Source of the DNA: Thermodesulfobacteriota bacterium
GTDB lineage: Bacteria > Desulfobacterota > Desulfarculia > JACQYL01
Direction: 5' to 3'
Length of the DNA: 64,000 nucleotides
Assembly: GCA_963675595.2 (NCBI GenBank)
Contig: CAXXLZ010000002.1
Coordinates: forward strand, 768,001-832,000
Under the pieces are notes generated by a model, which was not told the origin of the DNA, searched no databases, and saw nothing but the letters and a program-made list of their open reading frames with translations. Made by a program: the position numbers and the translations under genes. Below, piece after piece: positions 52,564-62,985 of this stretch (position 1 is its first letter; each line of letters opens with the position of its first letter).

Positions 52564-53772
52564 TTATTGTTTAAGACGCTTGATCACTTCGTTCACGTCA
52601 ATATCCGAAGTCATCCAATCGGAAAGCTTTTCCGCGGTTCCGTCTTCCTTTACCCGTGCAACGAACACCGAACGCGTCCCTTGTCGAACGCCTGGAGCGA
52701 AACTGATGGTCCCACCGATTCCTTGAAAGTCTTTCAGGCTCTCCATGGAATCGATGAAGGAATCCACCGTCAGGTCACGCCCCGCTCGCTTGAGCGCCTC
52801 CACCATGGGCTCTGCGAAGAGAAATCCCGCATAGAAGAACACGCCCCACGTTTCGTTGGGCGCGTACTTTTCTTGTGCCGCATGGTATTTCTGCATCAAC
52901 GGCTGGTCCGAGTCGGGCAGGAGCACAAAGTTGGTGAACACCACTCCGGACCACAACCCTTTGGTAATCTTGTTCATCAGAGGGTAGTCGCTCAGCGTGC
53001 TGGAAGTCATCCACAACGGATCGAACCCCAGCTTCACGGCCGTTCCCTTCATGATGGCTCCGTGCTTGGGAAGCACCCACATGATCACACAGTCCGCTCC
53101 GGACTCCTTGAGTTTCAGGCAGTGGGTAGTCAAATCCGTATCCATGACTTCGGCGGATACTTTGGCCGCCAATTCCATACCCAGTTTCTCGAGAGCCACT
53201 TCGGCGCCGTAGAGACCCACCTTGCCGTAGTCATCGTTCTGATAGAAAAAGGCGATCTTCTTCTTGCCTAATTCCTTGACGGCGAAATTCACCAAAACAG
53301 CCGCTTCATCACAGTAGAGGGGGTACAATCCGAATACGTACTTATTGGGCGGATATGCCCAGTGAGTGGACCCGGCGGTCGGACCGACCCACGGAACACC
53401 GTTCTCGATCAAGTAGTCCTTCACCGCCATTCCCGGCGCCGTGCCCACCCCGCCGACGAATCCGAATACATTTTCGTTCTCTACCAGCTCTTTGGCCACA
53501 GCCTTGGTCTTGGCGGGCTGATACCCGTCATCGCGCAAAAAGTACTTGATCCGTCTCCCGTTGATTCCGCCTTCGTCGTTCAGCATTTTGAAATAGCAGT
53601 CCGTCCCTCGTGCCACGGCGCCCCAAAGGGCGGCCGGACCCGTTTGGGGACCCCATTGTCCGATGATGATCTCGGTGTCCGTCACCCCCCGCTCGGCGGC
53701 GGCCGGAAACGCCGAAAGGAAGAACAATCCCAGGACAGTAACCACCACAAGCGCCTTCCATCCCCTGATCAT
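52564..53772 (-). CDS. Liv-type ABC substrate-binding protein
   Basis: Signal peptide; GVTDTEIIIG, NDEGGINGRRI, DDGYQP, YQNDDYG. Confidence 0.9.
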   Translation of the reverse strand: MIRGWKALVVVTVLGLFFLSAFPAAAERGVTDTEIIIGQWGPQTGPAALWGAVARGTDCYFKMLNDEGGINGRRIKYFLRDDGYQPAKTKAVAKELVENENVFGFVGGVGTAPGMAVKDYLIENGVPWVGPTAGSTHWAYPPNKYVFGLYPLYCDEAAVLVNFAVKELGKKKIAFFYQNDDYGKVGLYGAEVALEKLGMELAAKVSAEVMDTDLTTHCLKLKESGADCVIMWVLPKHGAIMKGTAVKLGFDPLWMTSSTLSDYPLMNKITKGLWSGVVFTNFVLLPDSDQPLMQKYHAAQEKYAPNETWGVFFYAGFLFAEPMVEALKRAGRDLTVDSFIDSMESLKDFQGIGGTISFAPGVRQGTRSVFVARVKEDGTAEKLSDWMTSDIDVNEVIKRLKQ

Positions 53773-53868
53773 ACCTACCTCCTCGTTTCAATGGTTCCTT
53801 ATCGCTGTTCCGCCTGCGCGTCGAGGCGGATCGCCGGCATCGGAGGAGCAACTCGATTCTACGGATAC

Positions 53869-55692
53869 TCATCCGTACATCGAATCGATCAAATCTTTGA
53901 AGGCATCATTGATGTACTTCCTTTTGACCTTCATGGTCGGAGTCACCTCACCGTCCTCTTCGTACAGCTTCTTGGGCAGAATAACAAACTTCTTCACCTG
54001 TTCCACTCGGGAAAGATTTCGATTTACTCCGTCGATTTCCTCCTGGATCAACGCCCGAATTTGTCCGTCGGCGGCCAAGTCCTTATAAGTGGAGAAGGGT
54101 ATTTTTCGATCTTGAGCGTATTTGACCACGTTTTCCTCGTCAATGACGATGATGGCGGAGATGAACTTCCGCTTGTCTCCGATCACCACGGCGTCGTTGA
54201 CATACGGAGAAAACTTGAGCTGGTTTTCGATATACTGAGGGGCGATGTTTTTCCCGCCGGCCGTAACGATGAGGTCTTTCTTCCGGTCCGTGATGTAAAG
54301 GAAGCCGTCTTCATCCAGTCGTCCCACATCGCCCGAGTGGAGCCAGCCATCCCGCAAGACCTCTTCCGATGCTTCGGGATTCTTGAAATAGCCTTTGAAC
54401 ACGGCCGGGGATTTCACCAGAATTTCGCCGTCGCCCGCAATACGCACCTCAAATCCCGGAACCGGAGGTCCCACGGATCCGATGCGCACCCCGCCCGGCC
54501 GGCTCATACAGGTCACCCCCGTGCCTTCCGTCTGTCCGTAACCTTCTACGAGATTCAGACCCATCGCTTGAAAAAACAGCAGCACGTTGGGCGAAATCGG
54601 AGCGGCTCCGGAGTAGGCCACCCGAACGCGCTCGAAGCCCAGCCGTTCTTTCAGCTTGTTGAATACGACCCACCGGCACAACACGTACAAGCCGGAGATC
54701 CACCAAGGGACGGGTTGAAGATCCATGACAAGTTCGGCCCGCTTCCTTCCGATCTTCAAAGCGGTGAAAAACACGAGTCTCTTGAAAAACGTGGCATCCG
54801 ACATACGGATCATGACGGCGGAATAGTATTTTTCCCATATTCTGGGGACGGCATATGCCACGGTGGGGGACACCTCTTTCATGTTGTCGGTCACCGTGTC
54901 CACGTTCTCGATGAAATTTACCGTGTACCCCACCCTGAGATGAATGAAAACGGAGAACAACCGCTCGAAGATGTGACACAAAGGCAGAAAACTCAGGACC
55001 TCGTCCGTCTCGTAAATCGGGTTGTCCGCAATAATGGCCGAAGATTCCCAAGTGACGTTTCCATGGCTCAGCATGGCCCCTTTGGGAGGTCCCGTGGTAC
55101 CCGAGGTGTAGATCAACACGGAGAGGTCGTCCGGAGTCACCGAATCCATACGTTCCAGAAACCGGTCGTTCCATTGCGGTTCCCGCTCGCGCCCCATCTC
55201 CAGGAGTTCCTCCAGGGACAGAACCATGGGGTCCCGGAAATGCCGCAATCCCTCCAAATCCCAGACGATGACCTTGATCAGACTTGGTGCCCTGTCGCGA
55301 AACTCGAGCCACTTGTCCAACTGCTCTTCGTTTTCCACGAAATAGAACTTGGAATCGGAATTGTTGATCACATATTCTGACTGCGCCGGAGCGCTGGTGG
55401 CGTAGATACCCACGGCCACGCCCCCGGCGCACTGGATCCCCAGGTCCACAAAAACCCACTCCGGGCAGTTGTCCCCTGCGATGGAAACACGATCGCCATG
55501 ATTCAGCCCGAGGCTCAGGAGAGCCACGGCCACCAGTCGTGCCCGCTCATAATACTCCTCCCAGGAGATATCGTGCCACAGGCCGTACTTCTTGTACCGC
55601 ACGGCGACCCGGTTTCCTAAGCGATCCACCGCCGCACGGAACAAGCCGGGCACGGTTTCGACCATCGGGAGTTTCCTATCATGCATGACCAA
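53869..55692 (-). CDS. Long-chain acyl-CoA synthetase (AMP-binding)
   Basis: YTSGTTGPPKG, EGYGQTE, GWLHSGDVG, ITDRKKDLIVTAGGKNIAP, TPTMKVKR. Confidence 0.92.
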   Translation of the reverse strand: MVMHDRKLPMVETVPGLFRAAVDRLGNRVAVRYKKYGLWHDISWEEYYERARLVAVALLSLGLNHGDRVSIAGDNCPEWVFVDLGIQCAGGVAVGIYATSAPAQSEYVINNSDSKFYFVENEEQLDKWLEFRDRAPSLIKVIVWDLEGLRHFRDPMVLSLEELLEMGREREPQWNDRFLERMDSVTPDDLSVLIYTSGTTGPPKGAMLSHGNVTWESSAIIADNPIYETDEVLSFLPLCHIFERLFSVFIHLRVGYTVNFIENVDTVTDNMKEVSPTVAYAVPRIWEKYYSAVMIRMSDATFFKRLVFFTALKIGRKRAELVMDLQPVPWWISGLYVLCRWVVFNKLKERLGFERVRVAYSGAAPISPNVLLFFQAMGLNLVEGYGQTEGTGVTCMSRPGGVRIGSVGPPVPGFEVRIAGDGEILVKSPAVFKGYFKNPEASEEVLRDGWLHSGDVGRLDEDGFLYITDRKKDLIVTAGGKNIAPQYIENQLKFSPYVNDAVVIGDKRKFISAIIVIDEENVVKYAQDRKIPFSTYKDLAADGQIRALIQEEIDGVNRNLSRVEQVKKFVILPKKLYEEDGEVTPTMKVKRKYINDAFKDLIDSMYG

Positions 55693-55704
55693 GCCCGGTT
55701 CTCG

Positions 55705-56481
55705 TCATCGCCACCGTTTCTTCCGTTTCCATCGCCGATATCCCTTCACCGAGTCATCACCCCGCTCCCCCAAATAGAATTCCCTCACGTCTTCATCCGC
55801 GAGCAGGCTGGAGGAAGGTCCCGACAAAACGAAGCGTCCGTTTTCCATAACATAACCGCAATGGGCGATCTTGAGCGCCATATTGGCGTTCTGTTCGACC
55901 AGCACCAGTGTAACGCACTCGAGATTGATTTCCCGGATGATGCGAAAGATATCCTTCACCAGCAACGGGGACAGCCCCAGACTCGGTTCATCCAACAACA
56001 TGAGCCTGGGCGCGTTCATCAAAGCACGACCCATGGCCAGCATCTGTTGCTCCCCTCCGGAAAGGGTTCCCGCCCACTGGTCCGCCCGTTGTTTCAAAAT
56101 GGGGAAGTACCGAAAAATGCGTTCATAATCCTTCTTTACCATGCCCCGATCTCGGCGGATATAGGCCCCCATCCGAAGGTTTTCCATGACCGAAAGTTCC
56201 TCGAACACCTCCCGACCTTCGGGAACGTAGGAAATCCCCATACGCACGATCACTTCGGGATCCTTACGCTGTATTCGCCTCCCGTCGAATTCGATTTCGC
56301 CTTTGTCCGGCTGGTCGTCCAGAAGTCCCATAATCGTCTTCAGAAGCGTGGACTTTCCCGCCCCGTTGGCCCCGAGGATCGAAGTGATCCGACCCTCCTC
56401 CACGTCCATGGAGACGCCCCTGAGAGCGTAAATCAGGCCGTAGTAAGTCTCGATGTTCTTAACGCTCAGCAGGACGCCCAA
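55705..56481 (-). CDS. LivF-like ABC ATP-binding protein
   Basis: GANGAGKST, VPEGREVF, LSGGEQQMLA, DEPSLGLSP. Confidence 0.92.
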   Translation of the reverse strand: MGVLLSVKNIETYYGLIYALRGVSMDVEEGRITSILGANGAGKSTLLKTIMGLLDDQPDKGEIEFDGRRIQRKDPEVIVRMGISYVPEGREVFEELSVMENLRMGAYIRRDRGMVKKDYERIFRYFPILKQRADQWAGTLSGGEQQMLAMGRALMNAPRLMLLDEPSLGLSPLLVKDIFRIIREINLECVTLVLVEQNANMALKIAHCGYVMENGRFVLSGPSSSLLADEDVREFYLGERGDDSVKGYRRWKRKKRWR

Positions 56482-56483
56482 CG

Positions 56484-57266
56484 TCAGTCCTCCGCTCCCA
56501 GGTAGGCGCGCAACACCTCGGGATGGCGCTGAACTTCCAGAGGAGAGCCCTCGGCGACGGCGCGCCCGAAATTGACGCACAGAACCCGGTCCGACACATC
56601 CATCACCATGCGCATATCATGTTCGATCAGTAGAATGGTCACGTCGAATTCGTCTTGTATGTCCCGAATCCAGAAGATCAGGTCCTGTTTTTCCTCGGAG
56701 TTCATGCCCGCCGAAGGTTCGTCCAGCAGCAGCAGCTTGGGTTCGAGCGCCAGAGCCCGCCCGAGTTCGATCAGCTTCCTTACTCCGTAGGGAAGCCCGC
56801 CTACGGGTTGATCACGCGCCGACTGCAGGTCCAGCAGGTCCATGATCTCTTCCACTCTTCGGCGGTGCTCGACCTCTTCCCGCGCGGCAAAGGACTTCCG
56901 CCGGAAAAAGCCGGCTCCACGCCAAACCCCCGTTTTCATATGCACGTGGCGGCCGAGCATCAAATTGTCCACGGTGGACATGCGTGCGAACAATTCGAGA
57001 TTTTGAAAAGTCCTAGCGATGCCCAAACGGGCCCGGCGATGAGGCTTCAGATGGGTGATGTCCGTGCCCGAAAGATGGATTCTTCCCTCCGTGGGCTTGT
57101 ACAATCCACTGATACAGTTGAAGATCGTGGTCTTGCCGGCTCCGTTGGGACCGATGACGGCGTAAACGACCCCCTTTTCCACGTCGAAGGAGATGTCGTC
57201 CACCGCCGTAACCCCACCGAAGCGCATCCGAAGATGCTCAACGGAAAGAAACGAGCTGCTCCCCAT
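56484..57266 (-). CDS. LivG-like ABC ATP-binding protein
   Basis: GPNGAGKTT, ARTFQNLELF, LPYG, DEPSAGMN, VLRAYLG. Confidence 0.92.
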   Translation of the reverse strand: MGSSSFLSVEHLRMRFGGVTAVDDISFDVEKGVVYAVIGPNGAGKTTIFNCISGLYKPTEGRIHLSGTDITHLKPHRRARLGIARTFQNLELFARMSTVDNLMLGRHVHMKTGVWRGAGFFRRKSFAAREEVEHRRRVEEIMDLLDLQSARDQPVGGLPYGVRKLIELGRALALEPKLLLLDEPSAGMNSEEKQDLIFWIRDIQDEFDVTILLIEHDMRMVMDVSDRVLCVNFGRAVAEGSPLEVQRHPEVLRAYLGAED

Positions 57267-57389
57267 CTTCAGATTCCTCGACAGGCGACCAAGAGTGGAA
57301 AATCGTATAAGGAGGCTTCAGGATACCAAACGGAAGAGCGGTCCGATCCCGGAGCCCCCTCCAAAATCCCTCAGCGGTTCTCCCCTTCA

Positions 57390-58262
57390 TCAAACCTTTC
57401 GCACATAATGCCTGGAAAACAGGCCGCTGGGCCGGAAACACAAGACGAGAACGATTACGAAAAACGCCACCACTGATTTGAATTCGAGAGACACATAGGC
57501 CCCAAAAAGATTTTCGATGATCCCCAAGAGGTATCCTCCCACAGCCGCTCCCGGGAGCGATGTCATCCCGCCCAAGACCGCCGACGCGAACCCTTTCAGC
57601 AAAGGATCCAGCATGAGGTTCGGGTCCAGGGTGGCAACCGGGGCCAGAAGCATTCCGGCCACGGCCCCGATGACGGAGCTCAAGGCCCAGGTGATGGAAA
57701 GAATCCGATTGGTCCGGATGCCGTTGATCCTCGCGGCCATACGGTTCTGCTGCATGGCTTTCATGGCCACGCCGGTTTTTGAATAACGAAAGAACAAGGT
57801 CAACAGGAGCATGACTCCCACCGCAGTCAGGAAAGTGACGATGTTCAGCTTGCTCACCACCACGTCACCGAGGCGCACGATGTCGAAATCCGACACGGGA
57901 AAGGCGAAATCCTTCTGATCCGCACCCCACCTCCAACTCGCCACCCCATAGAGGATCATCTCGAAGCCCAAGGTAATGATGATCAGGCCGAGAACATTGG
58001 GTTCCTTTGCTCGGCGCAGGAAGGCGAACTCCAGGAACGCCCCCAGCACCGCGGCAAAAGCAAGCGCCCCCACCACGGCGTAAAGGAAAGACCACCCGGC
58101 TGCGCCCAGAAGGGAATAAGCCACGAATGTCGACACCATGGCCATTTCCCCCTGACCGAAATTCGGCACTTCCGAGGTCTTGTAGATGATCACCATGGCC
58201 AGGGCGATAAGCGCATAAACGCTCCCCATGGCCATCCCACTGACCACCAATTGCATCAACAC
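57390..58262 (-). CDS. LivH-like ABC permease
   Basis: GSVYALIAL...NFGQGE; KGFASAVLGG; RPSGLF. Confidence 0.9.
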   Translation of the reverse strand: MLMQLVVSGMAMGSVYALIALAMVIIYKTSEVPNFGQGEMAMVSTFVAYSLLGAAGWSFLYAVVGALAFAAVLGAFLEFAFLRRAKEPNVLGLIIITLGFEMILYGVASWRWGADQKDFAFPVSDFDIVRLGDVVVSKLNIVTFLTAVGVMLLLTLFFRYSKTGVAMKAMQQNRMAARINGIRTNRILSITWALSSVIGAVAGMLLAPVATLDPNLMLDPLLKGFASAVLGGMTSLPGAAVGGYLLGIIENLFGAYVSLEFKSVVAFFVIVLVLCFRPSGLFSRHYVRKV

Positions 58263-58322
58263 ACGCCCGTTCCTCCCAAGACGACAAAGGTGAACCCGGC
58301 CGAGCGGGCCATAGAACCATGC

Positions 58323-59372
58323 TTAAAAGGGCCAGGTTTTCCAGTACTTTTTTGTGCGAATCCAGAATCCGTAAAGGCCCATGGGCTCGAACACCATGAT
58401 CGCGATGAGAATCAGTCCGAAAATAATGCCGGACACGTTGGGCAGGCCGCTCACACTCATCCAGCGCTCACTGATGGTGAGCAGCACCCCGCCCACCAGA
58501 GGCAGTTCCTGTACCGCGTCCAATTTAAGCATCAGGATGGTGAACAGAATGCCTCCGAGCACGGAGCCCAGGATCGAACCCACTCCTCCCACCACGACCA
58601 TTCCAAGAAACAGAATGGACAAAATGAAAGTGAAGGAATGAGGGTTGATAAAGCCCAGAACGAACGCCATGAGTCCGCCCGCTATCCCAGTGTAGAAGGC
58701 GCTTATCGCAAAGGCGAGGGTCTTGTACACGGTAAGATCGACCCCCATGGTTTCAGCCGCGATATCGCTTTCCCTTATGGCGATGAACGCGCGTCCGACG
58801 CGGGTTTTCAGCAGGTTGCGCGCCGCCAGGCCCAGTATCACCGTAATGGGAATAATAATCGCGTAAAGGGCCCGGTCGCCGGAACAGTCGTGGCCCAACA
58901 AGGTGATGTGGGGCGCCTGGAGGCCCATACGTCCCCCGAATGCCCCCCATCTGCCGATGACCTGCGTAACGGCCATGCCGAATCCCAAGGTGGCGATAGC
59001 CAAATAGGGTCCTTCCAGGCGAAGTGCGGGGATTCCCAGCAGGAACCCGAAAAACGCGGAGATGAACCCTCCCGCGGCCAGCGCGGGAAACAACGGCACT
59101 CCGGCTTTCGTCATGAGGAGCACGGTCGAGTAGGACCCGATGGCGAAAAAACCCGCATGCCCCAGAGATATCTGCCCGGTGTACCCCACCAGAATATTCA
59201 AGCCGATGGCTACGATCACGTTGATGGCCATGTAGTTGGCCATGTAAAGATAGTAATTGGGCGCGAAGAAGGGAAAGACCGCCAACGAGGCGAGAAGAAG
59301 GAGGAGACGGACCGCCGCCGCCCTGGAATTCAACAGCTGGACATCTTCATAGTAGTCGCGTTTCATGTCCAT
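58323..59372 (-). CDS. LivM-like ABC permease
   Basis: GLNILVGYTGQISLGHAGF, LRLEGPYLAIATLGF, GRAFIAIRE. Confidence 0.9.
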   Translation of the reverse strand: MDMKRDYYEDVQLLNSRAAAVRLLLLLASLAVFPFFAPNYYLYMANYMAINVIVAIGLNILVGYTGQISLGHAGFFAIGSYSTVLLMTKAGVPLFPALAAGGFISAFFGFLLGIPALRLEGPYLAIATLGFGMAVTQVIGRWGAFGGRMGLQAPHITLLGHDCSGDRALYAIIIPITVILGLAARNLLKTRVGRAFIAIRESDIAAETMGVDLTVYKTLAFAISAFYTGIAGGLMAFVLGFINPHSFTFILSILFLGMVVVGGVGSILGSVLGGILFTILMLKLDAVQELPLVGGVLLTISERWMSVSGLPNVSGIIFGLILIAIMVFEPMGLYGFWIRTKKYWKTWPF

Positions 59373-59800
59373 GGGAACACCCCGAAGAAGCCCCCGTTAA
59401 CAGGGCTCGCAGAAGCGAAGGAGGTTGAAGCCACGACGTATGCGCGTTCCATTGGGCTGTTTTAAAGTGACCTAATTCGAATCAGCTATCCTCCGACTTT
59501 GTAGAATAAATTCTGGATAACGCATCGCGAAGAGAATTGCAAGACCGGTCCGTGCCGGAGAGCACTTTCCCAACAGCGAGAGAATGCTGAAAAGGATCCG
59601 GGCAATCCGGGCGTGACCGCTTGACCGCATGCTGTCTTGACGATTTGACGAAGCGATCCTCCCTCCGATTCCTCCGATTCTTCCGACGGTCGAGGGCCTC
59701 GGAATTCCGTCACAGCGCCGTCGCCCCAACTTAAGTCCGCTCCGACACTGGGATGAGGCAAATATGGGTACCTGATTCACAGGGCGCATCAAGGTTTTAC

Positions 59801-59828
59801 TTGACAGTCCTCAGGAAGGAGTTATGAT
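59801..59828 (+). promoter_or_regulatory. Putative sigma70 promoter upstream of riboswitch 1
   Basis: TTGACA-N16-TATGAT. Confidence 0.6.
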
Positions 59829-59850
59829 AAATTAAACAAGTGGTTATTTG

Positions 59851-59936
59851 TGCGTTTCGTAAAAAGCCAAACCCGTCGTGAGGCGGGGACGGAAAGCCAC
59901 GGGTCTTAGGAAAGATCGCCGGGTTGCACTCACGCA
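59851..59936 (+). ncRNA. GEMM-I (c-di-GMP-I family) riboswitch
   Basis: GCCAAACCCGTC-GTGA-GGCGGGGACGGAAAGCCACGGGTCTT...AAGATCGCCGGGTTGC: P2 with GYRA loop, GACGGAAAGC junction, P3. Confidence 0.88.
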
Positions 59937-59950
59937 GCCCGGCGTTTTTT
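59917..59950 (+). terminator. Riboswitch-controlled intrinsic terminator
   Basis: CGCCGGGTTGC-ACTCAC-GCAGCCCGGCG-TTTTTT overlapping the aptamer 3' strand. Confidence 0.8.
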
Positions 59951-59973
59951 ATTGGGGGGGAAGGAGGACCGAG

Positions 59974-60678
59974 ATGGAAAAGAACAAAACAGGACCGAAC
60001 AGGTTCCGTCTGACAATCATCGTGCTGGTGTTGCTGATGTCCTCCGTAACTCCCGGAAAAAGCGATGCTTCCATCATCGCCGTGGGTGACATAGTGAACG
60101 GTCTCGAGCTGTCGTTTGTCTACGGAGCGTTGGGAGAACCCATCACCCGCATGGTGGGAGAGTTTCCCGTACTCGTGGACGGCTTCTCCACCGTGGCTTT
60201 CTGCGTGGATATCTATCAGAGCGCCAATCTGTTCGCACCCTATGAACCGGACTTGGGAATGGGCTCTTTGGAGGAGAACCAGGACCAAGTCGCTTGGTTG
60301 ATGAACGAGTTCGCTCCCGGACTCGGAGGGCAGGCTTCGGGATACAGAGGGACTTACAGCGCAAGTATCGCCGGTGCGGCTCTCCAGGTAGCCATCTGGG
60401 AGCTTCTATACGACGACCTGTTCACGCTGGAGAGTTCCGGTGCGGTGAAGCCGTTGGCGGACTGGTATCTCGATCAACTGGCCCTTCAAACCGATTTCAC
60501 GGGCGACCTCGACTTCCAGTTCGCCGTTGCCAAGGACTCCAAGTATCAGGATATGATGGTGGCCCTCCCCGACGCTTCGGAACAGCCGGTCCCGCTTCCC
60601 GGCGCCGCGTGGCTGTTCATGAGCGGCCTGACCGGCCTACTCGCCATGCGAAAGAGTCTGAAAAGAGGACGGAATTAA
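59974..60678 (+). CDS. VPLPA-CTERM (PEP-CTERM family) surface protein
   Basis: Signal peptide; AFCVDI...AALQVAIWELLYD; C-terminal VPLPGAAWLFMSGLTGLLAMRKSLKR. Confidence 0.9.
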   Translation: MEKNKTGPNRFRLTIIVLVLLMSSVTPGKSDASIIAVGDIVNGLELSFVYGALGEPITRMVGEFPVLVDGFSTVAFCVDIYQSANLFAPYEPDLGMGSLEENQDQVAWLMNEFAPGLGGQASGYRGTYSASIAGAALQVAIWELLYDDLFTLESSGAVKPLADWYLDQLALQTDFTGDLDFQFAVAKDSKYQDMMVALPDASEQPVPLPGAAWLFMSGLTGLLAMRKSLKRGRN

Positions 60679-60703
60679 TCAGGAAGCGTCGAGAAATTTG
60701 CAT

Positions 60704-60735
60704 GAGGGCGAACCCGGAGTTCGCCCTCTTTTTTT
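60704..60735 (+). terminator. Intrinsic terminator
   Basis: GAGGGCGAAC-CCGGA-GTTCGCCCTC-T7. Confidence 0.85.
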
Positions 60736-60949
60736 GGAAACCCACGGAATCGAGGGAATCACCCGCTTGATTTCGCGACTCCTCCGAGGTTAGGATTCCG
60801 CTGATCATTACCTCAACGGCGTTTTTAAGAACTCGACGATGGACGACCCTGCCCGCCCCCCGAGGTCACGGCTCCGGGACATACCGTGACGGGAAAGCAT
60901 TCCGGTCCCCGTGGGGTTTCATTCGGGACACGGTCGCCGACGGTTTTCA

Positions 60950-61459
60950 ATGAGACATTTTCCCTATCCTTTGCGTCATCCGCGTGCCGTGTTGCCACTG
61001 GTAATCGTCTTCTTTTTATTGCTTCCCACCGTTGCCGCCGCATTCCCCAACGAACCTACACAGGGCTACGAAGACTTGCCGTGGGGCCGGCGTATCAACC
61101 TTTGCTACGATATGGAATTCTTCAACGTGATGGGTCAAACCCGGCTTTATACGCGGCTTCATAATAGGAGATTCCCGGCGAGAGCCGAAGTGACGCGAGC
61201 CCTGTATGGTTTTAATGAGGGTCGCTTTTTCTTCGTTGCTTTGAGCTTTGAAAGCGAGGAGGACTATCGTCTGGTTTCCGATTATCTAAGGAAGCAACAC
61301 GGACCTTCCGATTCGGCCGGAAAGGGAGACGAAACCCAAGTATGGGAAGGAAGTAAAGTCCTGATCACCCTCAAGCACGAGCCCAAAACCCTAAAAACAA
61401 CGCTTACTTATCACTATATTCCCATCGCTTTGGAATCGGCCGGTGAGGCGGGGAGATAG
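60950..61459 (+). CDS. Hypothetical secreted protein
   Basis: Signal peptide (AAA|FPNEP); GYEDLPWG...YGFNEGRFF...LRKQHG. Confidence 0.7.
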   Translation: MRHFPYPLRHPRAVLPLVIVFFLLLPTVAAAFPNEPTQGYEDLPWGRRINLCYDMEFFNVMGQTRLYTRLHNRRFPARAEVTRALYGFNEGRFFFVALSFESEEDYRLVSDYLRKQHGPSDSAGKGDETQVWEGSKVLITLKHEPKTLKTTLTYHYIPIALESAGEAGR

Positions 61460-61605
61460 CGCCCGGATCGCAAGACGTTGCGGGATTCTTCGCCCGCTGA
61501 TTCCAGGCTCAAACGAACCATGAGTCCGGGCGGCCTTTGGGAGGCCGTCCGGAAAAAATACGAAAAAAAGAACCTTGGACACGCCGTCCATCAGGAGACC
61601 GTATC

Positions 61606-61995
61606 ATGAAAAAGCTCGCCCTCCTCTGTATGCTGGTCCTATCCACTTGTATTCTCACGCAAACATCGAGCTCCGCAGGGGACAGGGTAATCTTCTTCGC
61701 CCAAGGCTTTCTCACGGGGGCTGATTTCCTCAATATGTCCGAAGACCAAAGACAATTGCACACCATCGGGTTCTACAACGGAGTCACCATGTCTCCGTTC
61801 TTCGTGAAGGAGGGCGGGGACTACGTGGACTGGTTCAAGCGATTGCCCGCTACCGGACTCCGGGTCTCCGATATGCGGAAAATGATTACCGAATACATTC
61901 AGGCCGACCCCGCACGGGCCAAACAAGCCTTGAACACCTTGTGCTGGGAGGCGCTCAAAAAGGGGCTTGAAAAGACTGAAAGCGGTTCAAAATAG
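61606..61995 (+). CDS. Hypothetical secreted protein
   Basis: AGGAG RBS; signal peptide MKKLALLCMLVL; helical small domain. Confidence 0.7.
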   Translation: MKKLALLCMLVLSTCILTQTSSSAGDRVIFFAQGFLTGADFLNMSEDQRQLHTIGFYNGVTMSPFFVKEGGDYVDWFKRLPATGLRVSDMRKMITEYIQADPARAKQALNTLCWEALKKGLEKTESGSK

Positions 61996-62191
61996 CGCTC
62001 CCCCGCTTTGTGTGATGCGGCCGGAAGACGCCTTCCACTCATGATCGAGGAAAAAGGCGAACCTTTTTTCCGGCAGGTGGGTAACCGTTGAACATGCCCG
62101 GAGCGCACAGTCCCGGCAAACGGCAGCAAAAAGGCGGTCTCCGGAGGATTCCGGCGCCGCCTTTTCAGTGGATGCCTGCGCGGGAAGTTCG

Positions 62192-62797
62192 CTATCTTCT
62201 GAATCTTCGCGCGGCTCCCATGAGGAACACCAGGCCTGAACCCAACAGCCACGCTGCGCCGGGCAGCGGGACCGGCTCCGCGATTAGAGTTACCGTGGCG
62301 TCAACACAGTCCGTCCCTGCGGGACTCAGCAAGCCCCGATACGAGGCGTTGCTGAGCGAAATGCTGAACTTGCCTCCGTCACCGAAACTCACTTCGACCG
62401 GGCCTTCCCACGTCACGTCCCATCCCTGCACTGTGCCAAAAAACAGGCTGACCCCCAAAGACGTTCCCACGACGCCTTCCTCCAAATCGGGATTGTCGAA
62501 ATCCAGAGTGGCGATGAGTTTGCCGGGATTCGTGTCGTCTTCGCCCGGGTTGACCCAACTCTCAGTGGTGCCGATAGTGGCGAAGTGGAATGTGTAGGAC
62601 TCACCCACTCCCAAAGTGAAGGATTCCGCGTCCAGACCGGGATTCAATTCCAAAACGTCCATTTCGAGGACCGTATCCGTGTCTCCCACAAACACCAGGG
62701 AGGACAGGGAACCCAGCTCAAAAGTATAGGCTCCGGCGACTCCGCAGAGCCCAAAAGTCAGAACCAGCACGGAAAAAACCGTCGCCGCCTTTTTCAT
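62192..62797 (-). CDS. VPLPA-CTERM (PEP-CTERM family) surface protein
   Basis: Signal peptide (AGA|YT); C-terminal VPLPGAAWLLGSGLVFLMGAARRFRR. Confidence 0.9.
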   Translation of the reverse strand: MKKAATVFSVLVLTFGLCGVAGAYTFELGSLSSLVFVGDTDTVLEMDVLELNPGLDAESFTLGVGESYTFHFATIGTTESWVNPGEDDTNPGKLIATLDFDNPDLEEGVVGTSLGVSLFFGTVQGWDVTWEGPVEVSFGDGGKFSISLSNASYRGLLSPAGTDCVDATVTLIAEPVPLPGAAWLLGSGLVFLMGAARRFRR

Positions 62798-62941
62798 TTT
62801 ATCTCTCCCTTTCATGATTCTTCAGAGGATTCCGTCCGGACTCTCAAAGCGGACCGGACCCCCGACACGGACTTTTCCCATGGAATGATCCCGAGAGGCC
62901 TCGCGCTGCAATTCTTTCTGTGGGACAACGGGAAACGCAAT

Positions 62942-62985
62942 AAGAAAACGGCCGGGTTACCTTTCCGCTTAGGCAACCCGGCCGT
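62942..62985 (-). terminator. Riboswitch-controlled terminator
   Basis: Minus strand ACGGCCGGGTTGCC-N10-GGTAACCCGGCCGT-TTTCTT. Confidence 0.75.

Noticed and set aside
53362-55380. 672-aa plus-strand ORF
   Set aside because: Antisense shadow of the acyl-CoA ligase and binding-protein genes; no protein-like motifs.
59538-59557. Sigma54-like motif for the Liv operon (minus strand CGGCAC...TTGCA)
   Set aside because: GG-to-GC spacing does not fit the required 10 nt.
59662-59687. Short tandem repeat CCTCCGATT (about 3 copies)
   Set aside because: Too short and isolated to assign a function.
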